Source: Candidatus Daviesbacteria bacterium
GTDB lineage: Bacteria > Patescibacteriota > Microgenomatia > Daviesbacterales > UBA10151
Reading direction: 5' to 3'
Length of the DNA: 64,000 nt
Assembly (NCBI GenBank): GCA_016186955.1
Contig: JACPKP010000004.1
Span: 142,563-206,562 of the forward strand
Part shown: piece by piece, positions 37,554-48,353 of the stretch
How the letters are laid out: the number at the start of each line of letters is the position of its first letter
Position numbering within the stretch: the stretch's first letter is position 1
Notes under the pieces: generated by a model
What the model was told of the DNA's origin: nothing
Database searches by the model: none
The model's input: the letters and a program-made list of their open reading frames with translations, nothing else
Position numbers and translations under genes: made by a program

Positions 37554-40500
37554 TTATTCTTTTAAAAGTTTTATTAACCTATCGCTACTTTGATCCCAAC
37601 TGAATTGTTTTACCCAATCTCTTGAATTAGTTTCCAAATAAATTCTGAATTTTTTATCTTTCAAGATCCTACAAATTGCCTCTATCCATTTTTCCTGATT
37701 GTCCCAAGCCACCAATAAACCTGTATGAGGGTTTTTAACCGAATCACGAAGTCCGGGTACATCGGAAGCAATTACACAGGTACCTGCAGCATTAGCTTCT
37801 ATGATAGTGATACCCCAGCCTTCAATCCTTGAAGGTTGAACCAGAATCCATGATTTAGCTAAAAGTTCGACTTTAGTCTTTTCACTAACAACACCAATAA
37901 ACTTAATAACCTTTTGTAGATTTAAGTTTTGTACTAATTTTTCAAGGGATGACCTGCTTTCTCCCTCTCCTGCAATAGTTAATGTAACTGACGGAACTTG
38001 TTTTTTGACCTCTCCCATGACATTTATAAGTTTGTCCAATGATTTGTAAGGCTTTAGTCTGCCAAGATATAAAAGCGAGGGTGTATAGGTCTTGTTAGTA
38101 TTTAACTGGAACTTTTTCAGATCTACTCCGGGGTTGATAATAGATATCTCTTGTTTTTTACCCAATCCTAAGCTTTTAATTGCCTGTTTTGAAGACTGCG
38201 AAACCGTTATCACCTTTGAATTTCTGTAAGCTAGGGGCATCAGTTTTCCTTCCAAAAATCTTCCAATTTGTGATAGGGGGAATTTAAGCTCAGTCAAAAA
38301 TACTTCCTGATGAATGTGGTGAATCAGCAGAAATATTTTCTCTCTGGCATAAAGCGGAGTAAAAAAAGGAATTCCGTTCTCAGAATCAATTACAACATCA
38401 AAAGAATCTTTAAATCTGAAAATATAATACAAAAAAGCCCAAATATATACTGTATATGTTCCGCCTCTTCTGATAATCTGTATTCCATCTATATATTCAG
38501 CTCTCGGTAAGTTACCGTCGTTTCCGCAAAAGAGCGTTACCTGATTTCCTTGCTCCACCCATTTTTTTGCCATTTCATGCAAATAAACCTCTGCTCCTCC
38601 AGCCCATTTATGTTTTGTATCCCTCCAATTCATGATTAAAATTGATTTGTTAGATTGAAATCTATTTTTTGGTTTTGTTCTAAAAAATAACAGCCCTAAT
38701 AGGTCTTTTAGATTAGATTTAATAGGATTGTATTTTTTATGAAGGACATGCAGAAGAAAAACACAAAGAAAATTGAAAAAACCTATATAAAATACCTGGT
38801 AAGTAAAATCTTTGACACTACTATGAAATTTATTTATCAGAACCAATTCAGCTGCAAATGAAAATACTCCGCTTAAAGTAAAAATATACTTTTCTTTAGC
38901 TTGGTAAAAATGGATTATTGGACGGCTGAGGGTAAAGAATGTTATACCCAGCAAAAAAACAGGTAAATATTCTAAAATGTGTTCAGTTTTTTTACCTAAA
39001 AGTAATGGAACAAAAAGATTACCGAAAATTCCTAATAATAAAAAAGTTGTCAAGGAAACAAGGGCTGTGGAGCCAAAAATCAGCCAAAAGGTTTTGTTAC
39101 TTTTTTTTGTGGCGCCTTCATTTCTGGAAACTATAGGGATCATGAAAGGCAAAAAAAGAGCGCCCATATAATATGCAATTTTCCCAACAAGGCTTAACAA
39201 GCTATATTGACCAGCCTCAAACGGGGACAAAAAATGCTTAGCTAGAATGATATCTAAGCCCAAAAAAGATATGTTTGAAATCCCATTTAAAGCCGAAGTT
39301 GTAAAGAAAAGAAAATTAAATGAGAATTGTTTAGAGGGTAATGCGCTAGATTTAGTTTTTAATACTAAAATCCAACCTAAGATAACTTCAATTAGTAATG
39401 CAGCTGGTATTGCCAGCGCTACATAATCTGCTAAGCCTGCTTTTATCAATAAAAAAGCTAGCGTAAGTTTTACAAAAGATTCAACGATTGTTAATAATCC
39501 AATTGTCCCAAAAGATAATATTCCCTTCAGGTATCCTGCAACACTCAAGTTTAATATTCCAATTGTCCAAATCGGGGTAAAGATTAAAAAAGTTAACAAT
39601 GAGTCTGTGTGAAAATAGGATGATAGAAACGGTATAGATAACAACCATAAAAGAGTCGCTAAAGAAGCAACTAAAATTCCGTAGTGGGCAACTACATTTA
39701 AATATTTCCTGGCATTTTCTTTAGAATACCTGCCAATAATAAACGCCACTTTATGGGATACGGTTGTTGAGAAAGCATTAAGGGGTATGTATGCTATAAA
39801 CAGAAGGCTTGTAAATAAACTCAATTCCCCAAAATCCTCAACACTAAGTTTCCTTCCCAAAAATGCATTGAATATAAAGTTTGAAATGTTTGCCAAAAGG
39901 TTTGCTAAGATCAGCATTGACCCTCCGACAAAAAGATCTTTCTCAGCTATCACTCCAGGCAATTTATTTGTAAGCCATCCTTTCCATGTTGCTTTACTTC
40001 CGGAAACTGACACTTCTTCGGCTACCTCATTTTTCATTACTTCACTGATATATTTTTTAGCTTCTGTTTTTTTAAAATCCAGTCCATGCACTGTTTTTTC
40101 CCAATAGTGAGGCTTAAAAATCAACTGGAAAAGCGCCATAACTGCAGCTATCGAGGTAATCAGCCAGTAAAAGGGGATTAGGTAAACAAATTTAATGATT
40201 GTAAAATGGCCTCTTTTGGCTGCACCTATCATATAGTTATAAAAGTGCAGGAAGTTTCCAAACACTAAGGAGAACGCTGCCATATAAAAAACAGGCGCAG
40301 GGTAGAATGATTCAATAGCCGGACCAACGATTGAATAAAGCGCAAAGTAAGAGATGGTTGTTATCCAAAGTATTGGGTTAATTAAAATAAATGAAATTCT
40401 TGAGCCGATTATTAAATCAAAAATTAATGCGTGCGCTCTGTGTTTTTTTAGGAAATCCCATCTGTCCCTGGTGTGAACTAAGTAGGTTTGCATATAACCC

Positions 40501-42213
40501 TTGATCCACCTTGATCTTTGCCTGATCCAGTTACCCAAATCGCTATTTGCTTCCTCAAGCGTTGTTGAATCAATAATCGCTGTTTTATAGCCCTGCCTGA
40601 AAAGTCTTACTCCCAAATCGCAATCCTCGGTAACGTTAAATGGATCCCATCCCTCAAGCGATCTTAGTATTTCCGTTTTGAAATGATTACTGGTTCCACC
40701 CAATGGTATGGTTGTATCAATGGATTGAAACCCTATAAGTATTACGTCAAACCAAAGCGAATACTCTGCCGTAAAAAGGCGGGTTAAAAGATTTTGATGA
40801 GGATTGTAGTAATTCAGTTTTGCCTGAAGGCATACAACGCTATTTTTGGATTTTTGAAAAGCCAAATAAGCTTTTTTCAGTTGACACGGATCCGGTTGAT
40901 CTTCGGCATCATAGATGACTAAGTATTCTCCTTTGACAAAATTTAAACCAAAATTACAGGCTTTTGGTTTTGTTTTAGGAAGGGAATCAGGAACAATAGT
41001 TGTTGTTATATACTCAGGTAAATTTAAGCTTCTGACTGCATCTATTGTTTCCTGATCATCACTCTCAAGAAGAAGCTGAATATCCAACTTTTCCTTAGGC
41101 CACTCAATTTTAGAAATAGATTCTAAAAATTTTGGTAAAACTCTTGCTTCCCTATACAAAGGCACAAGTATGGAATAAACCGGCAACTTGGAATCTTCAA
41201 GCGCAAATATTTCATCATCCTTTACTGAGATTTCAGGAGGAGCGTAAAAACTTTTGGTAATTAAAAAAAAGACTGAATAAAACGTCTATAAAATAAACAA
41301 CGCTGAGGATTCCAATTAATACTTGCAGCGCCAGCAGCCAGTTTAAAGCAAAGCCTATGAGTAGAATTCCGATTAATAAAACAAAGAAAAGCGCCTGATT
41401 AGCGCTGAAGGTTTTAAATGCGGAAGATTTATGGTTTAAAGTGGTATGTGTTATATATCTTTTGCTCTTGTAAGCCAAACCGGCGCCAACCATAGTTGTG
41501 ACAGCTTGAGGAAGAATTTTATATATCTTTCTTTTGGAAAATTTATGCTTTAAAGAATTCGTACCGATCTCAACTATTGTTTTGAAAACATTAATGTTTG
41601 AGGCCCCGTTTAATCTTTTGTCAAATTTGATACCAATAGTTCCAATTGAATACCCGAGTTCCCTGGCGGTTAAAAGAAGGAGCAGATCCAATGTCCAGGG
41701 AGAAAGAGTATTTTGGTCAACATTTTCAATCACCTCTTTTTTAAAAAGCTTTAGGCCTGATTGAACATCACAATCCAACCCAAACAAGAAATTGCCAAAT
41801 ATATTCTTAAATCCTGCATTTAAGAATTTTCTAAAAGGCTTATCCTGATAATCAATCCTGTTGGCAACAACCACCCCATGCTCTGAAAGTTTTGCAAACA
41901 TTGCAGGTATGACTTCTGGAGGATACTGCAAATCACCGTCGATCATAGCAAGGTTGTCACCTACTGCAAATTGGGCGCCCTCGATGATTGAATATGCTTT
42001 CCCGGCCTTACCTTTTTTTGTAACAAGTTTAACCGGATAAAACCGCTGAAGGTTTAATATAGTTTCAGTTGTTTGATCTTCAGACCGGTCATCTACAAAA
42101 ATAATTGTGTAATCTATACCTTTTGAAGACATGGAGGAATCAATCCTTTTTACCAAAGGCGTTATATTTTCTTCCTCGTTTTTGACAGGAATGATAATAT
42201 TTAAGTAATTCAT
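37554..42213 (-). CDS. Four-domain fusion GT2 (DPM-like) + processive GT2 + flippase-like + GT4, split by a frameshift at a T8 run
   Basis: ORFs 41233-42213 and 37554-41186 join into 1552 aa if the A8 run at 41263-41270 is A7. Motifs DDRS, DGD, KPKACN, DAED, TED, QRSRW, EGWG. Confidence 0.82.
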
Positions 42214-42481
42214 AACTGTATTAAAAAGGCATGATCCTAGCAAAAGCTAGTTTTTGGGCAGAGGCCTTATTTACAAAGGCCTATAATAACACAAGGGGAT
42301 TGAAAAGTCCAGCCTATAGATATCTTATCTTCGCAGAACCAAACAACCGGTGTTTAAAAAATGCTTTTAATTGTTACCCCATTTTAAACCATCCGTCAAG
42401 CAACCTGTTAATAGCTGTAATTTTTATACATAGCTTTTTGAGAAAAAAAGTGTATTATTATCCAAATTGGAGGTGATTTAT

Positions 42482-42934
42482 ATGGCAGAAAAAGAACCAA
42501 AATTTGCACAAGGGGATAAAGCCCAGGTGAAGAAGGTTGAGGTAACAGATGACGGCTCAAATGATGGGATTAAAAAAATTATAGTCACAAGAAGGGACCC
42601 TGCAGCAAGATGGACCGCAACAGGTTGTGCGGTTTTAACAGCTGTTTTTGTCATTACCGATGTTTTGATAAATTACAGCTTAAGACAACAGAGTCCTATC
42701 GGTGAACCTGAGCTGGCAATTTACCGGGAGGACTTAAAAAAAGAGGCGGAGGCAATGAAAAGCCTGAAGTTGCAACTTGAAGATGATATGATTAAAACCA
42801 GGCTGGCAGGTTATGCAGTTTTACAAGTAGTTTCAGAGGGGAAAATGAGCTATCAGGAATATTCAGATCAGATAGACACCTTATACAAAAAATCCAAAGA
42901 CCTGGCTTCTGCAACAAAGCCTTTAAAAAAATAG
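42482..42934 (+). CDS. Hypothetical single-TM protein
   Basis: SD GGAGGTGA before ATG 42482. Confidence 0.68.
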   Translation: MAEKEPKFAQGDKAQVKKVEVTDDGSNDGIKKIIVTRRDPAARWTATGCAVLTAVFVITDVLINYSLRQQSPIGEPELAIYREDLKKEAEAMKSLKLQLEDDMIKTRLAGYAVLQVVSEGKMSYQEYSDQIDTLYKKSKDLASATKPLKK

Positions 42935-42956
42935 CTGCGGGTAGTATAATTTTGGG

Positions 42957-43673
42957 ATGGATTTTGAGGTTCAGGGAAAAACTATTCTTTTTGTATGCGC
43001 ACATCCCGATGATCTGGAGTTTTGTTTCGGGGGAACTGTTGCAAAATGGGCGGGCGAGGGTGCATCAATTTATTATCTTATATTAACTGACGGAAGCAAA
43101 GGCTGCGAAGATCCACAACTGGATCCAACTGAACTAATAAAAACCAGACAGAGAGAACAGGATGAGGCAGCCAAAATTCTAGGTGTTAAAAAGGTGATAT
43201 TTTTAGACCATGTCGACGGCGAACTTGAAAATAACCCAAAACTTAGAAAACAGATAGTCAGGGTCATCCGCAAGATAAAACCGGATATAGTTGTAACAAT
43301 GGATCCTACATTTGTCTATGACGAGAAATATGGCATCATCAACCATCCTGACCACCGGGTCGCCGGCCAGACCACCTTGGACTCTGTCTACCCTTTTGCC
43401 AGAAACCACCGTGCTTTTCCGGAGCTTTTGGATGAAGGGTTAACACCCCACCATGTCAGTGATATCCTTCTTTTCAACAGCCTAAGGATGAATTTTTTTG
43501 TAGATATAGAAGATACTCTTGCAAAAAAGCTTAAAGCGCTAAACTGTCATAAAAGCCAGTTTAAAGATCCACAAGCGGTTGAAAAGCTGGTAATACTTGT
43601 TGCCCAAAACGCGGGTAAGAAAGCAAAGCTCAAATATGCAGAAGGCTTAACCTGGGTCCATATTAATTTTTAG
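42957..43673 (+). CDS. PIG-L family deacetylase
   Basis: AHPDD, HPDH, HKSQ. Confidence 0.9.
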   Translation: MDFEVQGKTILFVCAHPDDLEFCFGGTVAKWAGEGASIYYLILTDGSKGCEDPQLDPTELIKTRQREQDEAAKILGVKKVIFLDHVDGELENNPKLRKQIVRVIRKIKPDIVVTMDPTFVYDEKYGIINHPDHRVAGQTTLDSVYPFARNHRAFPELLDEGLTPHHVSDILLFNSLRMNFFVDIEDTLAKKLKALNCHKSQFKDPQAVEKLVILVAQNAGKKAKLKYAEGLTWVHINF

Positions 43674-46600
43674 GGCTTAAATATTCATCCCAGCTTTTAA
43701 TTTGCAGATCTTCAAGTTTTTTTTCAGTTACCGCATAGGAAAATTCAATCGCTGCCTGTAGGTTTGTCATCAGGGGTATGGCAAAATCCACACAATTTCT
43801 CCTGATGATAAAACCATCCCTCTTGGCCCGATCTTCTCCTATTAAACTGATATTGATGGCAAGATCTACCTGAGCTTTTTTTATCAGGTCTAAAACAGTA
43901 GGGTGTTTCCCTTCTGATAATTTAAAAACAGTGGTATTTTTAATACCTGAGAGTTTTAGGAATTTCGAAGTCCCCTCAGTGGCAAAAATTTCTAAATTAA
44001 GAGTAGTCAATTTCCGGGCGCTTTCCAAAAAATCCAGTTTGTTTTTATCTCCGCCGATAGAGAGGAAAATAGATTTTTCCGGCATTTTCCAGCCTGTTGA
44101 AAAAAGGGCTTTCAGATATGCTTCATGAAGGTCCCGGCCAAAACAAGCCACCTCACCTGTGGATGACATCTCCACCTTAAGTTTGGGGTCAGCTTCTTTA
44201 ATCCTGTTAAATGAAAATTGTGGCGCTTTCACTCCCACATAATCTAAATCAACTGTCTGAAAATCACCTGTAATATTTTCTCCAACTATTACTTTTGCGG
44301 CAATTTCAATAAAATTTATCCCTGTCACCTTTGATACAAAAGGGAATGAGCGGGATGCACGAAGGTTAAGTTCAATGACCATCACCTTATTGTCTTTTGC
44401 TAAAAACTGGATATTAAATGGCCCGTGGATATTTAAAACCTTGAGGATTTTTTTAGTCTCCAGTTTTATCTGACGCATTGTTTCAAGATACAGCCTTTGC
44501 GGAGGCAAGACTAAAGTTGCATCCCCGGAGTGTACTCCTGCATTCTCGATATGTTCGCTGATCGCATAAATTAAAAGTTTGCCGCTCTTTGCAACCCCGT
44601 CTATCTCTATTTCCTTGGCATTGTCAATAAATTTACTGATCACCACCGGGTGTTTTGAAGAAACCTTAGCAGCTTTGTTTAAATATATAGCAACCTCTCT
44701 GGAGGAATTTGCTATATTCATGGCAGACCCACTTAAAACATAAGATGGCCTGATCAGGACAGGATAACCTACTTTCCCGGCAAACCGTTTGACACTTCCG
44801 GTATTTTTTATTTGCTCCCATTGGGGCTGGGATATGGAAAGCCTGTCTAAAAGCGCACTGAATTTATGGCGGTCTTCTGCAAAATCAATACTTTTGGTTG
44901 GCGTCCCCAATATAGCCATCTTTTCAGCGGCAAATAAAGCAGCAAGATTATTGGGTATCTGCCCACCAAAAGCTAAAACCAACTTGGCATTTTTCTCAAC
45001 CTTGTAGATATCAACTATTCTTTCCAATGTAAGTTCTTCAAAATAAAGTTTGTCTGCAATATCAAAATCCGTAGAGACAGTTTCAGGGTTACAGTTTATA
45101 ACTATTGTTTCCAACCCCTGCTGCCTGAAAGTTGCAACAGCCGTTACCAGGCACCAGTCAAATTCGACAGATGAACCTATCCTGTAAGGGCCGGCGCCTA
45201 AAACAATTACTTTTTTGCAGTTATGAGTTTGCCTGAATCCTGAATCCTGGATCCTTAATCTTGAATCATTTTCTGATTCCTCTCCATGGTATGTCATATA
45301 AAGGTAGTTTGTTTTGGCAGGGTACTCTGCAGCCAGCGTATCTATATGCTTGGTTTTAGGGTAAATATTCCATCTTTCCCTAAACTTCCTGACTTTGTTT
45401 AAACTCATCCTGCAGGAGGCTGCGATTAAATTATCGGAAAAGCCTAATTTCTTTGCCTGCAAAAAATTTTCGTTGTTAAACTTATAGGCAGGGCCAAAAT
45501 TCTTTTGATAATCTACAATCTCTTTGACCTGGTTTAAAAACCATTGGTCAATGCCTGTTTCTTTACTTATACTTTCGACAGATGAATTCCTTAAAAATTG
45601 TTGCGCTATTGCAAAAAGCCTTAAACTCCCGGGTGAGAGGGAATCTTCTCCTGGCATACCAAGCAGCCCGTCCTGTCCTGTCTCAAGCATCCTGACTGCT
45701 TTCTGCAGGCTTTCTGGAAAACTTCTGCCTATTGCCATTACCTCACCCACACTTTTCATTTCAGAACCGATCCGTAAATTCGCCCCTTCAAATTTTTGCA
45801 GGTCCCACCTGGGAATTTTAACCACTATATAATCAAGGGCAGGCTCAAAAAAAGCTGAAGTTCCGGTAACAATATTTTTAAGCTCCCTCAGGCTATAACC
45901 TAAACTTAGCTTGCATGCTATGTATGCCAGCGGGTATCCGGTTGCTTTTGAAGCAAGTGCAGATGACCTGGACAACCTGGCGTTTACCTCAATCACCCGG
46001 TAATCATCAGACTTTGGGTCAAGCGCAAACTGGATGTTGCATTCGCCAACTATCCCAAGATGTTCAATCACTTTAAGTGAAATTTGCCTGAGCAGATGGT
46101 ATTGATAGTTGTTTAGGGTTTGGGAGGGAGCCACTACAATACTCTCGCCCGTATGAATTCCCACCGGATCCATATTCTCCATATTGCAAACAGCTATTTT
46201 ATTCCCACCTTTATCCCTGACGATTTCATATTCAATCTCTTTCCAATGCCTTAAGTATTCTTCAATAGCAACCTGTGGGGCGTTTTTTAAAGCCATGGAT
46301 ACAACCAAATTAAGGTCTTCTTTGTTATTTACAACAGAAGATCCAAGTCCCCCAAGGGAAAAGCCCGACCTTACCATAACCGGATAACCTATCTTATTTG
46401 CAATCATCAATGCCCCCTTTACATCCCTGGCAAAACCGCCTCTGGGCGCTTTTATGCCGATTCCACCCAAATACTTTGCAAAAAGCTGGCGGTCTTCGGT
46501 GATTTCAATACTTTTTACAGGCGTCCCTAAAACAGTAATCTTATTTTTTTTGAACACACCACTGCCCGACAGGTTTAAACCACAATTTAAGGCAGTTTGT

Positions 46601-46866
46601 CCGCCAAACGAGAGCAGGGCGCAATCCGGTTTTTCCTTTTCAATAATTTTTTGGACAAAATAGGGGGTGACAGGTAAAAAATAGATCTTGCCGGCAAGCT
46701 CCTGTGATGTTTGGATGGTGGCGATATTAGGGTTTACCAAAACTACATTTATGCCTTCTTCTTTAAGGGCTTTCAAAGCCTGTGAGCCGGAATAGTCAAA
46801 TTCACCGGCTTCACCGATCTTAAGAGCGCCAGAACCAAGTAATAAGACTTTTTTTGGTTTTATCAT
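43663..46866 (-). CDS. carB: Carbamoyl-phosphate synthase large subunit
   Basis: GSGALKIGEAGEFDYSG; two ATP-grasp halves; MGS domain. Start moved to ATG 46866 because the upstream extension is repeat DNA. Confidence 0.96.
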   Translation of the reverse strand: MIKPKKVLLLGSGALKIGEAGEFDYSGSQALKALKEEGINVVLVNPNIATIQTSQELAGKIYFLPVTPYFVQKIIEKEKPDCALLSFGGQTALNCGLNLSGSGVFKKNKITVLGTPVKSIEITEDRQLFAKYLGGIGIKAPRGGFARDVKGALMIANKIGYPVMVRSGFSLGGLGSSVVNNKEDLNLVVSMALKNAPQVAIEEYLRHWKEIEYEIVRDKGGNKIAVCNMENMDPVGIHTGESIVVAPSQTLNNYQYHLLRQISLKVIEHLGIVGECNIQFALDPKSDDYRVIEVNARLSRSSALASKATGYPLAYIACKLSLGYSLRELKNIVTGTSAFFEPALDYIVVKIPRWDLQKFEGANLRIGSEMKSVGEVMAIGRSFPESLQKAVRMLETGQDGLLGMPGEDSLSPGSLRLFAIAQQFLRNSSVESISKETGIDQWFLNQVKEIVDYQKNFGPAYKFNNENFLQAKKLGFSDNLIAASCRMSLNKVRKFRERWNIYPKTKHIDTLAAEYPAKTNYLYMTYHGEESENDSRLRIQDSGFRQTHNCKKVIVLGAGPYRIGSSVEFDWCLVTAVATFRQQGLETIVINCNPETVSTDFDIADKLYFEELTLERIVDIYKVEKNAKLVLAFGGQIPNNLAALFAAEKMAILGTPTKSIDFAEDRHKFSALLDRLSISQPQWEQIKNTGSVKRFAGKVGYPVLIRPSYVLSGSAMNIANSSREVAIYLNKAAKVSSKHPVVISKFIDNAKEIEIDGVAKSGKLLIYAISEHIENAGVHSGDATLVLPPQRLYLETMRQIKLETKKILKVLNIHGPFNIQFLAKDNKVMVIELNLRASRSFPFVSKVTGINFIEIAAKVIVGENITGDFQTVDLDYVGVKAPQFSFNRIKEADPKLKVEMSSTGEVACFGRDLHEAYLKALFSTGWKMPEKSIFLSIGGDKNKLDFLESARKLTTLNLEIFATEGTSKFLKLSGIKNTTVFKLSEGKHPTVLDLIKKAQVDLAINISLIGEDRAKRDGFIIRRNCVDFAIPLMTNLQAAIEFSYAVTEKKLEDLQIKSWDEYLSPKN
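45233..45267. repeat. 7-bp tandem repeat (CTGAATC x5) inside carB
   Basis: ctgaatc ctgaatc ctggatc cttaatc ttgaatc; encodes DSRLRIQDSGF in the inter-half linker. Confidence 0.8.
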
Positions 46867-46911
46867 CGTCATTGCGAGGACTCCGATATCCATCGGAGGA
46901 CGTGGCAATCT
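46867..46911 (+). repeat. YGTCAT-tagged REP abutting the carB start
   Basis: CGTCATTGCGAGG...GTGGCAATCT with an internal hairpin. Confidence 0.8.
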
Positions 46912-46941
46912 TTTTATTAGCAAGGCTCGAAGGCTTTGTTT

Positions 46942-47072
46942 ATGAAGCTCCACGGCTAAAGCCGTGGTATCTTCTCATTACAGCTTCACAGCAAAAAGCT
47001 GTTCAGCTGACCGCCTTCGGCGGAGAAAAGCATTCATCCACGGTTAAAACCGTGGTTTTCTGCTTTTTGCTG
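46942..47072 (-). mobile_element. Non-autonomous IS200/IS605-type element
   Basis: Follows TTAT; GAAAA-CCACGG/CCGTGG-ATGAATG...GAAGAT-hairpin-AGCTTCAT; same layout as 10447-10560. Confidence 0.8.
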
Positions 47073-47075
47073 ATA

Positions 47076-47102
47076 AGATTTCTCGCTCCGCTTTAAATGA
47101 CA
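47076..47102 (-). repeat. YGTCAT-tagged 27-bp REP (degenerate)
   Basis: Reverse complement is TGTCATTTAAAGCGGAGCGAGAAATCT. Confidence 0.65.
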
Positions 47103-47135
47103 AATTGAATTTTGAAATTGTATTCAGTTTGTCAA

Positions 47136-48260
47136 CTAAATCATACTAATGAACTCATCAAACAGATACTCAGCATCAGTCGGACCTGGGCTAGCCTCAG
47201 GGTGAAACTGGACAGCCAGAAATGGCTTTTTTTTATGCCTGATTCCCTCATTGGAACCATCATTTAAATTAATAAACCATTCACTCCAACCCAAAGGCAT
47301 GCTTGTAAAATTAACGGCAAAACCGTGATTTTGGCTGGTTATAATGGCTTTTTTAGTAATGAGATTTTGGACAGGTTGGTTTTGGCCCCGATGGCCAAAT
47401 TTCAGTTTGTATGTATCTCCGCCTGCAGCCAAAGCCAGCAGCTGGCTGCCCAGACAAATCCCGAATACAGGGACAGATTGGCTCAACAAATTTTTTATAG
47501 TTAGTATTGTATCCTTGGAATTTTTGGGGTTGCCCGGCCCGTTGGAGATTAAAACTCCGTCAAAATTCCATTTTTCCTCAATAGGGTCAAAATTCCAGGG
47601 AGCAACAGTTACCCTAAGCTTACGCTTCAGCAGACTCCTGATGATGTTTTGTTTGGCGCCACAATCTATCACCACAACATTTTTTTTGCCTGTTCCATAT
47701 GTTTGGGGTTTTTCAATTGAAACAAACTGCAAAACATTTTCTAGATTTGGATTGTAAATTTCATTTTTGTCATTCTGAACTTGATTCAGAATCTTTCCTG
47801 CATTAGAATGGATTCCCGCTTTCGCTCGCCTCGCTGAAGCTTCGGCGAAGCGGGCGGGAATGACAGTAAGCCGTCCCAACATTGCTCCTTGAGATCTTAA
47901 CTTGGTTGTCAAAGCTCTGGTGTCTATCCCCTGCAAAGCAGGAATACCTTCTTTTTTGAGCCACTCACCCAAACTCATGATGCTTGCAAAGTGGGAGGGG
48001 GAATCAATGTAATTTTGGACAATAAGACCCCTTACCCAAATCTTCCTGGACTCAAAATATTTAGGGTTAGGTACTCCATAGCTTCCAATAATGGGGTAGG
48101 TGAGGACTAAAATTTGGCCAAAGTAGCTGGGGTCTGTCAGGCTCTCGGGGTAACCCACCATCCCTGTATTAAAAACAACCTCCCCTGAGCTTGAAACATC
48201 AGCCCCGAAAGATTCACCTATAAAGGTAGCGCCATCAGATAGAATTAATTTCCCCTGCAA
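47136..48260 (-). CDS. carA: Carbamoyl-phosphate synthase small subunit
   Basis: FNTGMVGYPESLTDPSY, GICLG, QFHPEASPGP. Confidence 0.96.
   Translation of the reverse strand: MQGKLILSDGATFIGESFGADVSSSGEVVFNTGMVGYPESLTDPSYFGQILVLTYPIIGSYGVPNPKYFESRKIWVRGLIVQNYIDSPSHFASIMSLGEWLKKEGIPALQGIDTRALTTKLRSQGAMLGRLTVIPARFAEASARRAKAGIHSNAGKILNQVQNDKNEIYNPNLENVLQFVSIEKPQTYGTGKKNVVVIDCGAKQNIIRSLLKRKLRVTVAPWNFDPIEEKWNFDGVLISNGPGNPKNSKDTILTIKNLLSQSVPVFGICLGSQLLALAAGGDTYKLKFGHRGQNQPVQNLITKKAIITSQNHGFAVNFTSMPLGWSEWFINLNDGSNEGIRHKKKPFLAVQFHPEASPGPTDAEYLFDEFISMI
47768..47865. repeat. Inverted REP pair with a nested 30-bp palindrome, in frame inside carA
   Basis: 27-bp unit at 47768-47794; 27-bp unit spanning 47809-47865, split by the 30-bp unit at 47825-47854. 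Confidence 0.88.
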
Positions 48261-48353
48261 GCTTTAACCAGTCTAAAGAAAATTGATATCCGATGTCAAT
48301 TGCCAATTTGAGTAATTTTTGAAAATTTGCAACTTATAGGTTATAATTAGGTA

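Noticed and set aside
42214-42300. c-di-GMP riboswitch upstream of the glycan operon
   Set aside because: Two hairpins are present but the conserved junction and GNRA/receptor motifs are not recognisable.
43931-46663. Many short antisense ORFs within carB and other long genes
   Set aside because: They lie opposite well-supported CDSs and have no motifs or expression signals.
46867-46953. N-terminal extensions of carB (likewise glmU 57877-57903 and dxr 52681-52782)
   Set aside because: They translate REP/MITE or tRNA DNA; internal ATGs match the family starts.
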